Assembly (NCBI RefSeq): GCF_058153355.1
Contig: NZ_CM177019.1
Length of the DNA: 64,000 bases
Strand: one strand, 5' to 3'
This document shows, piece by piece, positions 11,760 through 22,446 of this stretch; position 1 is the stretch's first letter, and each line of letters begins with the position of its first letter. The notes under the pieces are model-generated. The model searched no databases. It saw nothing but the letters and a program-made list of their open reading frames with translations, and was not told the origin of the DNA. A program made the position numbers and the translations under genes.

Positions 11760-11793
11760 CATTAACAGGTGCCACATGCAGCACCTGTTAATG
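11760..11793. promoter_or_regulatory. Perfect 13-bp inverted repeat with 8-nt spacer upstream of yneE
   Basis: cattaacaggtgc-cacatgca-gcacctgttaatg, about 95 bp upstream of the yneE start. Confidence 0.4.
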
Positions 11794-11885
11794 TTGTAAG
11801 CTTATAGGTAATTTGTAAGTAGTGTCTTAAGAATGTGATCGTAATCACGTTTAATAGGGCGACTTTTACACGCCTGAAGATAACC

Positions 11886-12800
11886 ATGATCGTTCGTCCA
11901 CAACAACACTGGCTGCGCCGTATTTTTGTCTGGCACGGTTCAGTATTATCCAAGATATCCTCACGCTTACTACTTAATTTTCTCTTTTCTACTGCCGTTA
12001 TTTTCATGCTGCCCTGGTACACGCATCTGGGTATTAAATTTACCCTCGCACCATTCAGCATTCTCGGTGTCGCCATCGCCATTTTTCTTGGTTTTCGTAA
12101 TAATGCCGGGTACGCCCGTTACGTTGAAGCGCGAAAACTTTGGGGGCAGTTGATGATTGCCTCACGGTCGTTACTGCGCGAGGTAAAAACGACATTGCCG
12201 GATTCGGCAAGTGTAAGGGAGTTTGCACGGCTGCAAATCGCCTTCGCCCACTGTTTACGCATGACATTACGCAAACAACCACAGGCGGAAGTGCTGGCAC
12301 ATTATCTCAAGACTGAAGATCTTCAGCGTGTACTGGCTTCAAACACTCCAGCTAACCGTATTTTGTTGATAATGGGGGAGTGGTTGGCGGTTCAGCGACG
12401 CAATGGACAGCTTTCAGATATCCTGTTTATTAGCCTCAACGATCGGCTTAACGATATTTCAGCGGTTCTGGCAGGCTGCGAGCGCATTGCCTACACGCCA
12501 ATTCCCTTTGCCTACACCCTGATTTTGCATCGTACCGTTTATCTGTTTTGTATCATGCTGCCGTTCGCGCTGGTCGTGGACCTGCATTACATGACGCCAT
12601 TTATCTCTGTGCTGATTTCCTACACTTTTATTTCGCTGGATTGTCTGGCGGAAGAGCTGGAAGATCCGTTCGGTACTGAAAACAATGATTTACCGCTGGA
12701 TGCCATCTGCAACGCTATTGAAATTGACCTGTTACAGATGAACGATGAAACAGAAATTCCAGCAAAAATTCTTCCCGATCGTCATTACCAGCTGACGTAA
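11886..12800 (+). CDS. yneE: Bestrophin-like membrane protein YneE
   Basis: 304 aa from ATG 11886 (MIVRPQQHWLRRIFVWHGSVLSKI..) with four predicted TM helices; the longer six-frame ORF from 11835 is an upstream extension. Confidence 0.75.
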   Translation: MIVRPQQHWLRRIFVWHGSVLSKISSRLLLNFLFSTAVIFMLPWYTHLGIKFTLAPFSILGVAIAIFLGFRNNAGYARYVEARKLWGQLMIASRSLLREVKTTLPDSASVREFARLQIAFAHCLRMTLRKQPQAEVLAHYLKTEDLQRVLASNTPANRILLIMGEWLAVQRRNGQLSDILFISLNDRLNDISAVLAGCERIAYTPIPFAYTLILHRTVYLFCIMLPFALVVDLHYMTPFISVLISYTFISLDCLAEELEDPFGTENNDLPLDAICNAIEIDLLQMNDETEIPAKILPDRHYQLT

Positions 12801-12803
12801 TAT

Positions 12804-13562
12804 TTACTCCGTACGCCGGGCAACAATAAACAGACGCGGAAATGCCAGCAGTATCTGTCCGTTCTCTTGCAGTGGATACTGCTCTTCCAGCATCTGATGG
12901 TAGCGCGTAAGAAAATGCTGCTGTTCGCTCTCGGTCAGATCCTGTAACCACGGACGTAATCCAGTGGCGGTCACCCAGTCAATAATCGCCTGGTGCGACG
13001 GCATCTGGTGATAGTAAGTGGTTCGCCAGATATCGACCTCGCATCCGGCTTCACTCAAAATATCGTAGTAAGCATGAACGCCAGCCAGCGGCTCACGCCC
13101 GCGATCCGGGTAGTTTTGTTCCCAGGCGACTTCGCGCATGAGCACATGGGTAGGCTCCAGCCAGTTATCCGGCATTTGTACCGCCAGCACGCCCTGCGGA
13201 CTGAGTAACGAAACCAGATGAGGGAACAGTTCGTAATGGTCGGGCAGCCATTGCAGCGAGGCATTAGCAAAAATCAGATCGAGTGCCTGTTCCGGTTGCC
13301 AGTTGCGGATGTCTGCTTCCACGAACTGGCAGTCTGGCAAAGCACTGCGCGCTTCAGCAATCATCGCCGGAGACGAGTCGATGCCTGTTATCCTGGCCGC
13401 AGGCCAACGTTGATGCAGCAGGGCGGTGCTGTTACCTGGGCCACAGCCAAGATCGGCAACGTATTCGATATTCTCCAGCGGCACTCTGGCAAGCAGCTCC
13501 ACCGCCGGACGCGATCGTTCAGCGGCAAAGTGCAGATATAAAGAGGGGTTCCAGTCAGACAT
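12804..13562 (-). CDS. tam: Trans-aconitate 2-methyltransferase Tam
   Basis: 252-aa ORF with SAM-binding motif [12 protein letters not shown]; recognised as Tam. Confidence 0.85.
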   Translation of the reverse strand: MSDWNPSLYLHFAAERSRPAVELLARVPLENIEYVADLGCGPGNSTALLHQRWPAARITGIDSSPAMIAEARSALPDCQFVEADIRNWQPEQALDLIFANASLQWLPDHYELFPHLVSLLSPQGVLAVQMPDNWLEPTHVLMREVAWEQNYPDRGREPLAGVHAYYDILSEAGCEVDIWRTTYYHQMPSHQAIIDWVTATGLRPWLQDLTESEQQHFLTRYHQMLEEQYPLQENGQILLAFPRLFIVARRTE

Positions 13563-13650
13563 ATTTTTACTCCCGTCAGCGCGTTACCCCTAGTGTAGAT
13601 AAAACTGTTGACATCCTCCACGCCCTGAAGGACGTGGATCCCTGCTACGT

Positions 13651-14859
13651 TCAGGCTGTCGCCTGAATCATTTCGGTGGGTTCCTGCTTCAACGGGCGGC
13701 CTGACTGCACCATCCCTCCACAGGCAAGAACGGCGTGCCCCGCCGCTAAAATGTTACGAGCGCCGTTCACATCGGCGTTCGCTGTGTATCCACATACCTG
13801 GCATCTGAATTTACTTTGTGACAGACGATTTTCTTTCGCTGTATGACCACAGCACGCGCAACGCTGGCTTGTGTACGCTGGCGGAACAGCAAGCACCTGA
13901 CCACCACGCCAGAGCTGCTTGTACTCAAGCTGGCGGCGCATTTCATACCAGCCCTGATCCAGTATCGAACGGTTTAAACCTGATTTTGCCCGGACATTGC
14001 GCCCCGGCGGGCTGACCGTACCCGCTGCTGACTTTGACATGTTACTGACCTTCAAATCCTCAATGACTATCATTGCGTGGTTTTTGCTGACGGTCGTTGT
14101 GACTTTATGAAGGTAGTCCCTGCGGATATTTGCGATACGGGAATGCAGTCGCTGTATTTTGCGTTTCTGCTTCTGCCAGTTATTGCTGAATTTGACCTTG
14201 CGGCTTAACTGTCGCTGAAGTCTCGCCAGCGTCTTCTGGTTTTTCTGAAAACTGTTTACAGGCTCAAAGACTGTGCCATCTGACAGCATGGCGAGTTTAG
14301 CCACGCCAGCATCCAGCCCGATCATTGATGCTGAAGGGTGAACCGGAGTGGATACTTCACTTTCTGTCTGAATACTGATGTACCACTTACCGCAGGACTG
14401 GCTGACAGTGACATTTTTCACAACCCCCGTGACCTGACGGCTGTTCCGGTAGCGCATCCAGCCCAGTTTCGGCAGAAAAATACGGCTGTTTTCCTGATCG
14501 AGCTTAACGCCCTGCGGGTAGCGGAATGCATCATTCTGTCCCCGCGTTTTGAATCGGGGAAAAGCAGCCCGCTTCTGGAAGAAGTTTTTGTAAGCCCGCT
14601 CAAGGTCTTTCAGTGACTGTTGCAATGGCTGTGAGGGCGAATCTTTAAGCCATTGCGTTTCAGTGGCGTTTTTCCACTCAACCAGCCAGGAAGCCATTTT
14701 CCCGTAAGGGATGTATTTATTACCGGCCTCATGATTCTCATTCTGACGTGCCAGAGCACGATTGAAAACGAAACGACATGCGCCTGCGAAGCGCCTCATT
14801 TCACGCTCCTGTTGACCACCGGGTCTTAACTGGAATTTAAATGCCTGTAGTCGTTTCAC
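13651..14859 (-). CDS. tnpB: TnpB (OrfB), RNA-guided RuvC-like nuclease of the IS200/IS605 family
   Basis: 402-aa ORF with RuvC-like motifs (..[12 protein letters not shown]..) and C-terminal zinc finger (CACCGH..CQVCGY) followed by [10 protein letters not shown]. Confidence 0.85.
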   Translation of the reverse strand: MKRLQAFKFQLRPGGQQEREMRRFAGACRFVFNRALARQNENHEAGNKYIPYGKMASWLVEWKNATETQWLKDSPSQPLQQSLKDLERAYKNFFQKRAAFPRFKTRGQNDAFRYPQGVKLDQENSRIFLPKLGWMRYRNSRQVTGVVKNVTVSQSCGKWYISIQTESEVSTPVHPSASMIGLDAGVAKLAMLSDGTVFEPVNSFQKNQKTLARLQRQLSRKVKFSNNWQKQKRKIQRLHSRIANIRRDYLHKVTTTVSKNHAMIVIEDLKVSNMSKSAAGTVSPPGRNVRAKSGLNRSILDQGWYEMRRQLEYKQLWRGGQVLAVPPAYTSQRCACCGHTAKENRLSQSKFRCQVCGYTANADVNGARNILAAGHAVLACGGMVQSGRPLKQEPTEMIQATA

Positions 14860-14929
14860 AGGTCAAATGATACTTTGGTCTGTGAAAAAAGAAACCGATA
14901 TCCGGCGTGGAAGGCATTGTGTTTTCCTG

Positions 14930-15350
14930 ATGCATGTTCACCTGGTCTTTGTCCCAAATACCGACGCCAGATTTTTGACCATGACGCGACAGAAAAACTA
15001 CGCACTTACTTTTCAAATGTATGTGCTGATTTTGAAGCTGAACTGGTTGAAATGGATGGCGAACCAGATCACGTCCATTTGTTAATTAACTATCCTCCCA
15101 AACTGGCGATATCCAGTCTGGTAAACAGCCTCAAAGGCGTATCGGGTAGGTTACTGCGACGAGATCGACCAGATATTGCAGTCAGGTATTACTACAAAGG
15201 CGTTTTGTGGAGTCCTGGCTATTTTGCCAGTAGCTGCGGAGGTGCGCCAATATCCGTCATCCGCCAATACATTGAACAACAGCAAACACCTGGTCAGGTG
15301 GAAAACCGCGCCTTATATCCCCGCCCTGAAGGACGGGGTTTTACGGCGCA
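14930..15350 (+). pseudogene. tnpA: IS200/IS605 tnpA (HUH Y1 transposase) with apparent frameshift near the 5' end
   Basis: N-terminal motif RHCVFLMHVHLVFVP is in one frame (from ATG 14930) while KYRRQIF..DHVHLLINYPPK..YYKGVLWSPGYF..YIEQQ is in the +1 frame; the switch lies at about 14950-14957. End uncertain. Confidence 0.55.
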
Positions 15351-15365
15351 CCGGATAAATTCGCC

Positions 15366-15656
15366 TCACGGCATCAATCCATTGAACAGACGTTTTTTAC
15401 GCGGCCCGGTCATTAAAGATTCCAGTTTTGCGACACAGGTTTTGTAGTGGGGCGTGGTTTTATGGAACGCCACTGCGTCTTCATCTTTATAGGCTTCATA
15501 GATATAAAAGCGCGAATTCACTTCCGGGTCCTGTAAGACATCGAAGCGCAAATTGCCTTCTTCCTGTACCGAGCCCAGGTGGTTCTGGCGAAAAACTTCG
15601 ATAAACTCGTCAACCTTGTCTTCATGAACGTTAATTTCAACCAGTGTGACGTGCAT
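15366..15656 (-). CDS. lsrG: LsrG, phospho-AI-2 isomerase (ABM monooxygenase-like fold)
   Basis: 96-aa ORF recognised as LsrG; last gene of the lsrACDBFG cluster on the minus strand. Confidence 0.9.
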   Translation of the reverse strand: MHVTLVEINVHEDKVDEFIEVFRQNHLGSVQEEGNLRFDVLQDPEVNSRFYIYEAYKDEDAVAFHKTTPHYKTCVAKLESLMTGPRKKRLFNGLMP

Positions 15657-15679
15657 AATTCTTCTCCTTAAATCCGCAG

Positions 15680-16555
15680 TTACTGTTTTTCACTCAGATA
15701 GAGTTCATATGCCCGATCAGCCGTTTCGTTATGGTGTACCACCGCCTGTACGGCTTTCATCATCGCCACCGGATGGTCAGACTGGAAAATATTACGCCCC
15801 ATATCCACACCAGAAGCGCCCTGATCGATAGCCTGCCAGCACATTTCCAGCGCCTCGCGCTCCGGTAATTTTTTACCGCCAGCAATAACAATGGGTACCG
15901 GACATCCGGCAACAATCCGTTCAAAACCTTTATCGACATAATAAGTTTTGATAATCTGCGCCCCCATTTCAGCGGCGATTCGGGTAGCCAGCGAGAAATA
16001 ACGTTGGTCGCGCACCATATCTTTGCCCACGCCAGTGACTGCCATGGTCGGCATTCCTACTTTCATTCCGGCATCGACCAGCTGAATAATATTTTTAATC
16101 GACTGATGTTCATATTCACTGCCGATATAAACCTGCGCTGCCACCGCGCAACTGTTCAGGCGCACGGCGTCATCCATCGATAACGCCACGGCTTCATTAC
16201 TTAATTCCGCCAGAATAGAGTTCGCACCAGACGCCCGCAGTACTACCGGCTTATTGGTCGCCGGGGGGACTACGCTGCGCAAAATGCCGCGCGTACACAT
16301 TAATACATCGGCATGTTCAAACAGCGGGGCGATATTTATATCAATGCGTTCAAGTCCGGTAGTCGGCCCCTGAAAATAACCATGGTCAAAGGCCAGCATC
16401 ACGGTTTTACCCGTTTTCGGATTAAATATCCGTGATAAGCGTGACTGCATTCCCCAATCCAGCGCACCGCAACCTTTCAGGGTAAAAGGGATATTTTGTT
16501 GCGGTTGATCGGTGCGAAAATCTTTACCATCTTTAATATCGTCTAAATCTGCCAT
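15680..16555 (-). CDS. lsrF: LsrF, class I aldolase-type thiolase for phospho-AI-2 degradation
   Basis: 291-aa ORF recognised as LsrF; operon position between lsrB and lsrG. Confidence 0.9.
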   Translation of the reverse strand: MADLDDIKDGKDFRTDQPQQNIPFTLKGCGALDWGMQSRLSRIFNPKTGKTVMLAFDHGYFQGPTTGLERIDINIAPLFEHADVLMCTRGILRSVVPPATNKPVVLRASGANSILAELSNEAVALSMDDAVRLNSCAVAAQVYIGSEYEHQSIKNIIQLVDAGMKVGMPTMAVTGVGKDMVRDQRYFSLATRIAAEMGAQIIKTYYVDKGFERIVAGCPVPIVIAGGKKLPEREALEMCWQAIDQGASGVDMGRNIFQSDHPVAMMKAVQAVVHHNETADRAYELYLSEKQ

Positions 16556-16581
16556 AACGTACTCCGGTTAAGTAATGCACA

Positions 16582-17604
16582 TCAGAAATCGTATTTGCCG
16601 ATATTCTCTTTGTTGAATATCACGCGCTCCGGTAACAGTACGATGCCATTACCATCCGCTTCGTAGTCATAGCCCTGAACGCTGTTTGGCGAGACTTCAA
16701 CCTGACCTACGCCCTGAATATTCAGCTTGTCGCCCGTTTTCATTGATCCTTTTTTCAATAATGCATCCGCGACATAAACTGAAATTTTGCCTTGCTGAAC
16801 CACATCCCACAGGCCAAATTCTTTCACCGTGCCGCGCTCTACATACGGACGCATCACGTTTGGCGTACTGAATCCGACAATCGCAACTTTGTCATTTTTC
16901 AGGTTTTCTGCGGCTTGTGCGGCAGCGGGCAGGGCGTTGGCGTCCGGGGCGATAATGGCGTCGAGATCGCTATAGGCTTTTAATATTCCTTCTGCGGTTT
17001 GTAACGATTTAGTGGCATCGTTATAGCCAAACTGCGTAGTGACAATTTCCCAGCCTGGATGGTCTTTGGCGATTTTCGCTTTCGCCTCTTTCACCCACTG
17101 GTTTTGGTCCATAACGGTGGGGCTTGAGTAGAAAAACGCGACTTTGGCTTTGTCTTTATTCACCTGACGCGCCGCCATATCCACCAACATACCTCCCAAC
17201 TGGGCGGGCGTTCCCTGATTAATGTAGTAAGAGCGGCACTCCGGTTTGGTATCAGAGTCCCAGGTCAGCACTCTCACGCCACGTTGCATGGCGCGTTTCA
17301 GTGCCGGACACAAGCCATCAGGCGAAACCGCAGAAACGATAATGGCGTTATACCCCTGATTGACGAAGTTATTAATCAACTGTACCTGACCAGAAACACT
17401 GGGTTCTGTCGGCCCGTCGTAGGTCACATCAACGCCCAGCTCTTTACCCGCTTGTTGTGCGCCGTTGCCACCGCTGGTAAAAAATCCCACGCCAACCAGT
17501 TTGGGAATAAAAGCAATACGCTCTGCGGCCTGCACATTCATAGAGATTGCGGCAATGCCAAGAGCGCTAAGTAAGGCGATTTTCTTAAAGCGATGAAGTG
17601 TCAT
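16582..17604 (-). CDS. lsrB: LsrB, periplasmic AI-2 binding protein
   Basis: 340-aa ORF with signal peptide ([26 protein letters not shown]) and periplasmic sugar-binding fold. Confidence 0.9.
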   Translation of the reverse strand: MTLHRFKKIALLSALGIAAISMNVQAAERIAFIPKLVGVGFFTSGGNGAQQAGKELGVDVTYDGPTEPSVSGQVQLINNFVNQGYNAIIVSAVSPDGLCPALKRAMQRGVRVLTWDSDTKPECRSYYINQGTPAQLGGMLVDMAARQVNKDKAKVAFFYSSPTVMDQNQWVKEAKAKIAKDHPGWEIVTTQFGYNDATKSLQTAEGILKAYSDLDAIIAPDANALPAAAQAAENLKNDKVAIVGFSTPNVMRPYVERGTVKEFGLWDVVQQGKISVYVADALLKKGSMKTGDKLNIQGVGQVEVSPNSVQGYDYEADGNGIVLLPERVIFNKENIGKYDF

Positions 17605-17615
17605 GAAGATATCCT

Positions 17616-18608
17616 TTATGGCAATGGGTTATTGGCCCGACGCGCCAGCCACTCTTTAATTTGCTGGCGATGCAGGCTAACGGAACGACCTACGACAACG
17701 ACGATAAGCAGCGCACCGGAAAGGGCGCTGGACACCTGATTTGGCACTCCTGCCATTTGCAAACCTTGTTGCAAATATCCCACTAGTAAAACCGCAATGG
17801 CGGTGCCGATAATGGAACCGGAACCACCATAAATATTGGCACCGCCAAGCACCACGGCGGTGATGGCGGGCATCAGAAACGACGCACCGAGATCGGAACG
17901 TGCTGAACCAAAATACGATACCAGCAGCACAGCGGCGACCGCAGACGCCAGCCCCGTCATGGCATAGAGCGCACATAAGGTGCGGTTAACTTTAATCGCG
18001 CTATAAAGCGCCACGCGCGGGCTTTGCCCAATCAAAAACACATTACGTCCGGCATGGGTTTTATGCAGCCAGAGCCAGAAAACGAGGAGACATATCAGAA
18101 AGATAATCAGCGGAACGGGGAGTCCCAGCACATCCAGGTTAGCGAAATCTGTAAACGCCATCGGGAATCCACCAATACCTTCGTACCCCGTCGCTCCGGC
18201 CATCCCGGAAAGCAGCAGAGCGCTTCCGGCAAACAGATACAGCGTGCCAAGCGTAATCACCAGCGGGTTAACTTTGGTATAGATAATTAATCCGGCGTTA
18301 ATCAGCCCGCACAATGCGCCGAGCAGAAAGGTCAGAAGAATCGCCAGCGGCATCGGCACGCCGCTTTGAAACAGTACGCCTAATGCAATGGCGCACAAGC
18401 CGATGGTCGAGCCAAACGAAATATCGATCCCGCCACTGACAATCACCATCGTCAGCGGTAGGGCGACAATGCCAATGCAGATAAAGTCACTGGTGCTGAA
18501 CAGCAACATATTGAGATCTAACATCCGCGGGTTAATTGCACCAAATGCGACAATCTCAATCACGAGCAGTGCGGCAAGAGCTAGTTCCCAACCGTAGCGA
18601 ATACGCAT
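17616..18608 (-). CDS. lsrD: LsrD, AI-2 ABC transporter permease
   Basis: 330-aa multi-TM permease; its stop overlaps the lsrC reading frame. Confidence 0.9.
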   Translation of the reverse strand: MRIRYGWELALAALLVIEIVAFGAINPRMLDLNMLLFSTSDFICIGIVALPLTMVIVSGGIDISFGSTIGLCAIALGVLFQSGVPMPLAILLTFLLGALCGLINAGLIIYTKVNPLVITLGTLYLFAGSALLLSGMAGATGYEGIGGFPMAFTDFANLDVLGLPVPLIIFLICLLVFWLWLHKTHAGRNVFLIGQSPRVALYSAIKVNRTLCALYAMTGLASAVAAVLLVSYFGSARSDLGASFLMPAITAVVLGGANIYGGSGSIIGTAIAVLLVGYLQQGLQMAGVPNQVSSALSGALLIVVVVGRSVSLHRQQIKEWLARRANNPLP

Positions 18609-19636
18609 TACGCGACCTCCCGTTTTTTACCTGACGAAGCGGGTTTAACGGATGGCGGTGGCGTCATAAAGCGGGCATATTTTTGCCGCCGTAGATTACG
18701 TTCCAGCGCACAACGCAGGCGTCCATCAAACACCAGCACCGCCAGCAGAACTAGGCCCGCGATAAAATCATTCCACCATGCCGGAATGCGCAACAGCACC
18801 AGTACACTATCGATCTGCGTCAGGAACCATGCGCCGAGTACCGCACCGATGATCGCACCGGAACCGCCGAGCAAACTAATACCGCCCAGCACGCAGGCTG
18901 CAATCGCTTTCATCTCCAGCCCGGTACCGGTCTGGTTGGGAATAAAACCGATCTGCGAAGCAAACACAATCCCCGCCAGTGCCGCCATGCAGCCGTTCAA
19001 CGAAAATGCCACAATCCTAATGGCTTCCGTACGAACGCCCAGTTGACGAGCGCCCTGCAAATTATCGCCCGTGGCATAAAAACTGCGTCCAAACGCCGTC
19101 TTCGCCAGCAGCCAGGCCATAAATGCCACCAGAATTATCGTCAACCAACCAATTGCTGAAACGCCAAACAGCAGCGGGGCGGAGAGTTGTTTCAGTTCGG
19201 CGGGTAACCCCTCAATCCATTTACCGCCAGTCCACAGCAACATGATGCCCCTGTACAATCCTAATGTACCGAGCGTGGCAACAATGGCAGGGATCTTTAG
19301 CCACGCGACCAGGACACCGTTGAAAAATCCCGCGAGCAAACCAAGCAGTAAAGTCGCGACACAAGCAACAGGTAGTGAATACCCCGCGTTCAGTAACATT
19401 CCCAACAGCACTGCGCACATTCCGGTAATCGAACCTACCGAAACATCGATATTGCGCGTGAGCATCACCAGCGTCGCGCCCATTGCCAGCAGGATCAGGA
19501 TTTGCGCGCTGCTATAAACCATGGTCAGCGTTTGCATACTTAAATACTGGCGGTCGAGAAAACCGGGTAATACAAACAGCAACACCACCGCCAGCAGTGC
19601 CGTGATTTCACGGTTGTTCTGGATAAACTTCAGCAT
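18608..19636 (-). CDS. lsrC: LsrC, AI-2 ABC transporter permease
   Basis: 342-aa multi-TM permease; start overlaps the lsrA 3' end by 7 nt. Confidence 0.9.
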   Translation of the reverse strand: MLKFIQNNREITALLAVVLLFVLPGFLDRQYLSMQTLTMVYSSAQILILLAMGATLVMLTRNIDVSVGSITGMCAVLLGMLLNAGYSLPVACVATLLLGLLAGFFNGVLVAWLKIPAIVATLGTLGLYRGIMLLWTGGKWIEGLPAELKQLSAPLLFGVSAIGWLTIILVAFMAWLLAKTAFGRSFYATGDNLQGARQLGVRTEAIRIVAFSLNGCMAALAGIVFASQIGFIPNQTGTGLEMKAIAACVLGGISLLGGSGAIIGAVLGAWFLTQIDSVLVLLRIPAWWNDFIAGLVLLAVLVFDGRLRCALERNLRRQKYARFMTPPPSVKPASSGKKREVA

Positions 19637-21165
19637 GATGCCTCCTGACGCTGACTATCGCCGAAGGCAACGCGCATAATGGTCTCGACATTAATATCGC
19701 GTCCGGTCAGTGCAGAGTGGGCAATTTCGCCCTGATGCATCACATATACGCGATCTGCCATCAGTTCGATCTCTTCCAGATCAGAGGAGATAAGCAGCAC
19801 AGCTACATTTTGTGCGGCGATGCTGCGCAACAGCTGGTAGATATCATTACGGGCCGAGACATCCACGCCGCGCGTCGGCTCATCGACAATCAAAACTTGC
19901 GGCGAAGCTTCCAGACATTTGGCAATCAGGATTTTTTGCTGGTTGCCGCCGGATAAGGTCCGCGCAGCTTGTTCCGGTTGGTTAAATTTAATATTCAGAG
20001 CCCGACGATAACGTTCCAGTGTGGCGTTATCTTTCGCGGTTTTCGCCCAGAATCCACGAAGGTTGTGGGTCAGGGCGCAAACGTTCCAGGCCAGCGAAGC
20101 ATCGAGATTCAGTCCGGATGACTGGCGATCTTCCGGCAGATAAACCAGACCGCGCAGTAAACGTTCTCCAGTGTATAATCTATTGATCTCTTTACCATTC
20201 AGCATAATGCGTCCGCCACGCAAAGTACGCAGACCATAGAGCGTCTCGGCCAGTTCTGTGCGTCCGGCCCCCACCAGCCCAGCCAGACCCAGAATTTCTC
20301 CGGCATTAAGCGTCAAGCTGACATTCATAAAACCTTCGCCGGTCAGGTTTTCCAGTGTCAGCACCGGCGTTCCGGCGGCATGTTGTGGTCGGTTGCCAGG
20401 TAACTCCAGCCATAATTTTTGGCTGGCAGAGAGCGATTTTTCCCGTAGCGCTGGCGTGATGGCCTGAATAATGTCGTCGGTAGACAGTTCGCTGGTTTTG
20501 CCGCTTAAGGCGATGGTTCCGTCGCGCATCACGCTAATTCGATCGGCAATCTGGCGAATTTCCGGCAGCTTATGCGAGATAAAAACAATACCCACGCCAG
20601 TAGCAAGCAACTCTTGCAAGCGACTAAACAAACGTTCGGTTTCGGCGGGGGTAAGCGAGGCGGTAGGTTCATCGAGGATCAGAATCCGCGAGTCGCGCAT
20701 CAGCCCGCGGAGGATTTCCACCATTTGGCGATCGGCGACATCCAGCGATCCTGCCAGACTATGCAGATCAAACTGGCAGCCCAGCGCCGCCAGCAAGTTC
20801 TTCAGTTTCTGCATGGAGAGCTGTTTTTTTGCTAGCCCAAACAGAATGTTTTCTTTTATCGACAGGCTTGGGAAAAGCAGCGGTTCCTGGGGAACGAGAT
20901 AAATACCCAACTGATGAGCATGAACTGGCGTTAATCTGGTGTAGTTGTTGCCTCCAATCTCCAGCGTACCGCTATCAGCAGGGGTAATACCGGCAATGAT
21001 CTTCATTAACGTCGATTTACCGGCACCATTGCCGCCAAGCAGGGCGTGGACTTCCCCCTGATGCAACGTAAAATCGATGCCTTTCAGGACATTAACCCCT
21101 GAATACTGTTTATAAACCGAGCGGGCGCAAAGTAGCGGTAACGCGCGGATATCACTCGTTAGCAT
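19630..21165 (-). CDS. lsrA: LsrA, AI-2 ABC transporter ATPase with duplicated ATP-binding cassettes
   Basis: Two Walker A motifs ([18 protein letters not shown]) and signature motifs; 511 aa from [12 protein letters not shown]; the six-frame ORF extends 29 codons further upstream to 21252. Confidence 0.85.
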   Translation of the reverse strand: MLTSDIRALPLLCARSVYKQYSGVNVLKGIDFTLHQGEVHALLGGNGAGKSTLMKIIAGITPADSGTLEIGGNNYTRLTPVHAHQLGIYLVPQEPLLFPSLSIKENILFGLAKKQLSMQKLKNLLAALGCQFDLHSLAGSLDVADRQMVEILRGLMRDSRILILDEPTASLTPAETERLFSRLQELLATGVGIVFISHKLPEIRQIADRISVMRDGTIALSGKTSELSTDDIIQAITPALREKSLSASQKLWLELPGNRPQHAAGTPVLTLENLTGEGFMNVSLTLNAGEILGLAGLVGAGRTELAETLYGLRTLRGGRIMLNGKEINRLYTGERLLRGLVYLPEDRQSSGLNLDASLAWNVCALTHNLRGFWAKTAKDNATLERYRRALNIKFNQPEQAARTLSGGNQQKILIAKCLEASPQVLIVDEPTRGVDVSARNDIYQLLRSIAAQNVAVLLISSDLEEIELMADRVYVMHQGEIAHSALTGRDINVETIMRVAFGDSQRQEASC

Positions 21166-21414
21166 GTTTCCCCCGTTCAGTTTTGCAGGTGAGTTTTGAA
21201 CAAATGTATTTCTGCTTTCAATTTGTTCATAAACCTTAGGTGGACATTGCACATATTTCCGACGAATAGATCACAATTTATGCTATTTTGATTTTCACGG
21301 TTGCGTTTGTTCATGCTCGTAGAGTCAAACTGTGGTTGCTATCACAGATATAAATGCGCAAGAACTGAACAATTGCATTAAAGATTTAAATATGTTCAAA
21401 GTGAAGAATGAATT
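21166..21414. promoter_or_regulatory. Divergent lsrA / lsrR promoter region
   Basis: AT-rich 249-bp gap between divergent lsrA and lsrR; known to carry LsrR operators and a CRP site in characterised lsr loci. Individual sites not mapped here. Confidence 0.5.
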
Positions 21415-22368
21415 ATGACAATCAACGATTCGGCAATTTCAGAACAGGGAATGTGTGAAGAAGAACAGGTCGCGCGGATCGCGTGGTTTTACTATCACGA
21501 CGGGCTGACCCAGAGCGAGATCAGCGAGCGTCTCGGGCTGACTCGCTTGAAAGTGTCGCGATTACTGGAAAAAGGGCATCAGTCCGGCATTATTCGCGTG
21601 CAGATTAATTCTCGCTTTGAAGGCTGTCTGGAATATGAAACTCAATTACGTTGTCAGTTTTCGCTGCAACATGTCCGGGTGATCCCTGGGCTTGCGGATG
21701 CTGATGTCGGCGGGCGACTAGGGATAGGCGCGGCGCATATGTTGATGAGTTTACTTCAACCACAACAGATGCTGGCGATTGGTTTTGGCGAGGCAACCAT
21801 GAATACGCTGCAACGCTTAAGTGGTTTTATTTCGTCGCAGCAAATTCGCCTGGTCACGCTCTCCGGTGGCGTCGGTTCTTATATGACGGGTATCGGGCAG
21901 CTTAATGCGGCGTGCAGTGTGAATATTATTCCGGCTCCGCTGCGGGCATCCTCCGCTGACATTGCCCATACGCTAAAAAATGAAAATTGCGTCAAAGATG
22001 TTCTGTTAGCCGCACAAGCTGCGGATGTGGCGATTGTCGGCATTGGGGCCGTGAGTCAACAAGACGACGCGACGATCATTCGCTCCGGTTACATCAGTCA
22101 GGGCGAACAGTTAATGATTGGTCGAAAAGGGGCGGTTGGCGACATCTTAGGCTACTTTTTTGATGCAAAAGGTGACGTTGTCACGGATATCAAAATACAT
22201 AACGAACTGATTGGCTTACCTTTAAGCGCGCTGAAGACCATTCCCGTCCGGGTTGGCGTGGCAGGGGGAGAAAATAAAGCCGAAGCCATTGCCGCTGCAA
22301 TTAAAGGCGGCTATATCAACGCACTGGTTACCGATCAGGACACAGCAGCGGCGATTTTACGTAGTTAA
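21415..22368 (+). CDS. lsrR: LsrR, SorC-family repressor of the lsr operon
   Basis: 317-aa ORF with N-terminal HTH and C-terminal sugar-phosphate-binding domain; recognised as LsrR. Confidence 0.9.
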   Translation: MTINDSAISEQGMCEEEQVARIAWFYYHDGLTQSEISERLGLTRLKVSRLLEKGHQSGIIRVQINSRFEGCLEYETQLRCQFSLQHVRVIPGLADADVGGRLGIGAAHMLMSLLQPQQMLAIGFGEATMNTLQRLSGFISSQQIRLVTLSGGVGSYMTGIGQLNAACSVNIIPAPLRASSADIAHTLKNENCVKDVLLAAQAADVAIVGIGAVSQQDDATIIRSGYISQGEQLMIGRKGAVGDILGYFFDAKGDVVTDIKIHNELIGLPLSALKTIPVRVGVAGGENKAEAIAAAIKGGYINALVTDQDTAAAILRS

Positions 22369-22446
22369 ATTTGCATGACCTTATTACCGGGAATGATGGA
22401 GAACGTATAGAGGAACAGACAGAACGCATAAGCCGAGGATAATCTA

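Larger units (their letters stand above)
13600..15350. mobile_element. IS200/IS605-family insertion sequence with divergent tnpB and tnpA; boundaries approximate
   Basis: TnpB and HUH-type TnpA coding regions diverge from about 14860; related sub-terminal hairpins with identical loops on the same strand at both ends (tccacg-ccctgaagga-cgtgga at 13617-13638; ccccg-ccctgaagga-cgggg at 15319-15338); sits in the tam-lsrG gap. Confidence 0.8.

Noticed and set aside
11835-11885. N-terminal extension of yneE (321-aa ORF)
   Set aside because: The conserved N-terminus starts at the internal Met MIVRPQ..
12055-12300. Antisense ORFs within yneE, uxaB, sad, gadB and other genes
   Set aside because: All are fully contained within better-supported sense genes and lack independent support.
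14875-15447. 190-aa six-frame ORF taken as an intact IS200-type transposase
   Set aside because: Begins at TTG, lacks the conserved N-terminal strand (which is in another frame), and its 3' end runs past the IS end hairpin into lsrG; interpreted as a frameshifted tnpA plus read-through.
19630-21252. 540-aa version of lsrA starting at the upstream ATG
   Set aside because: The conserved LsrA N-terminus begins at the internal Met ([12 protein letters not shown], 511 aa); the extension lies in the divergent promoter region.
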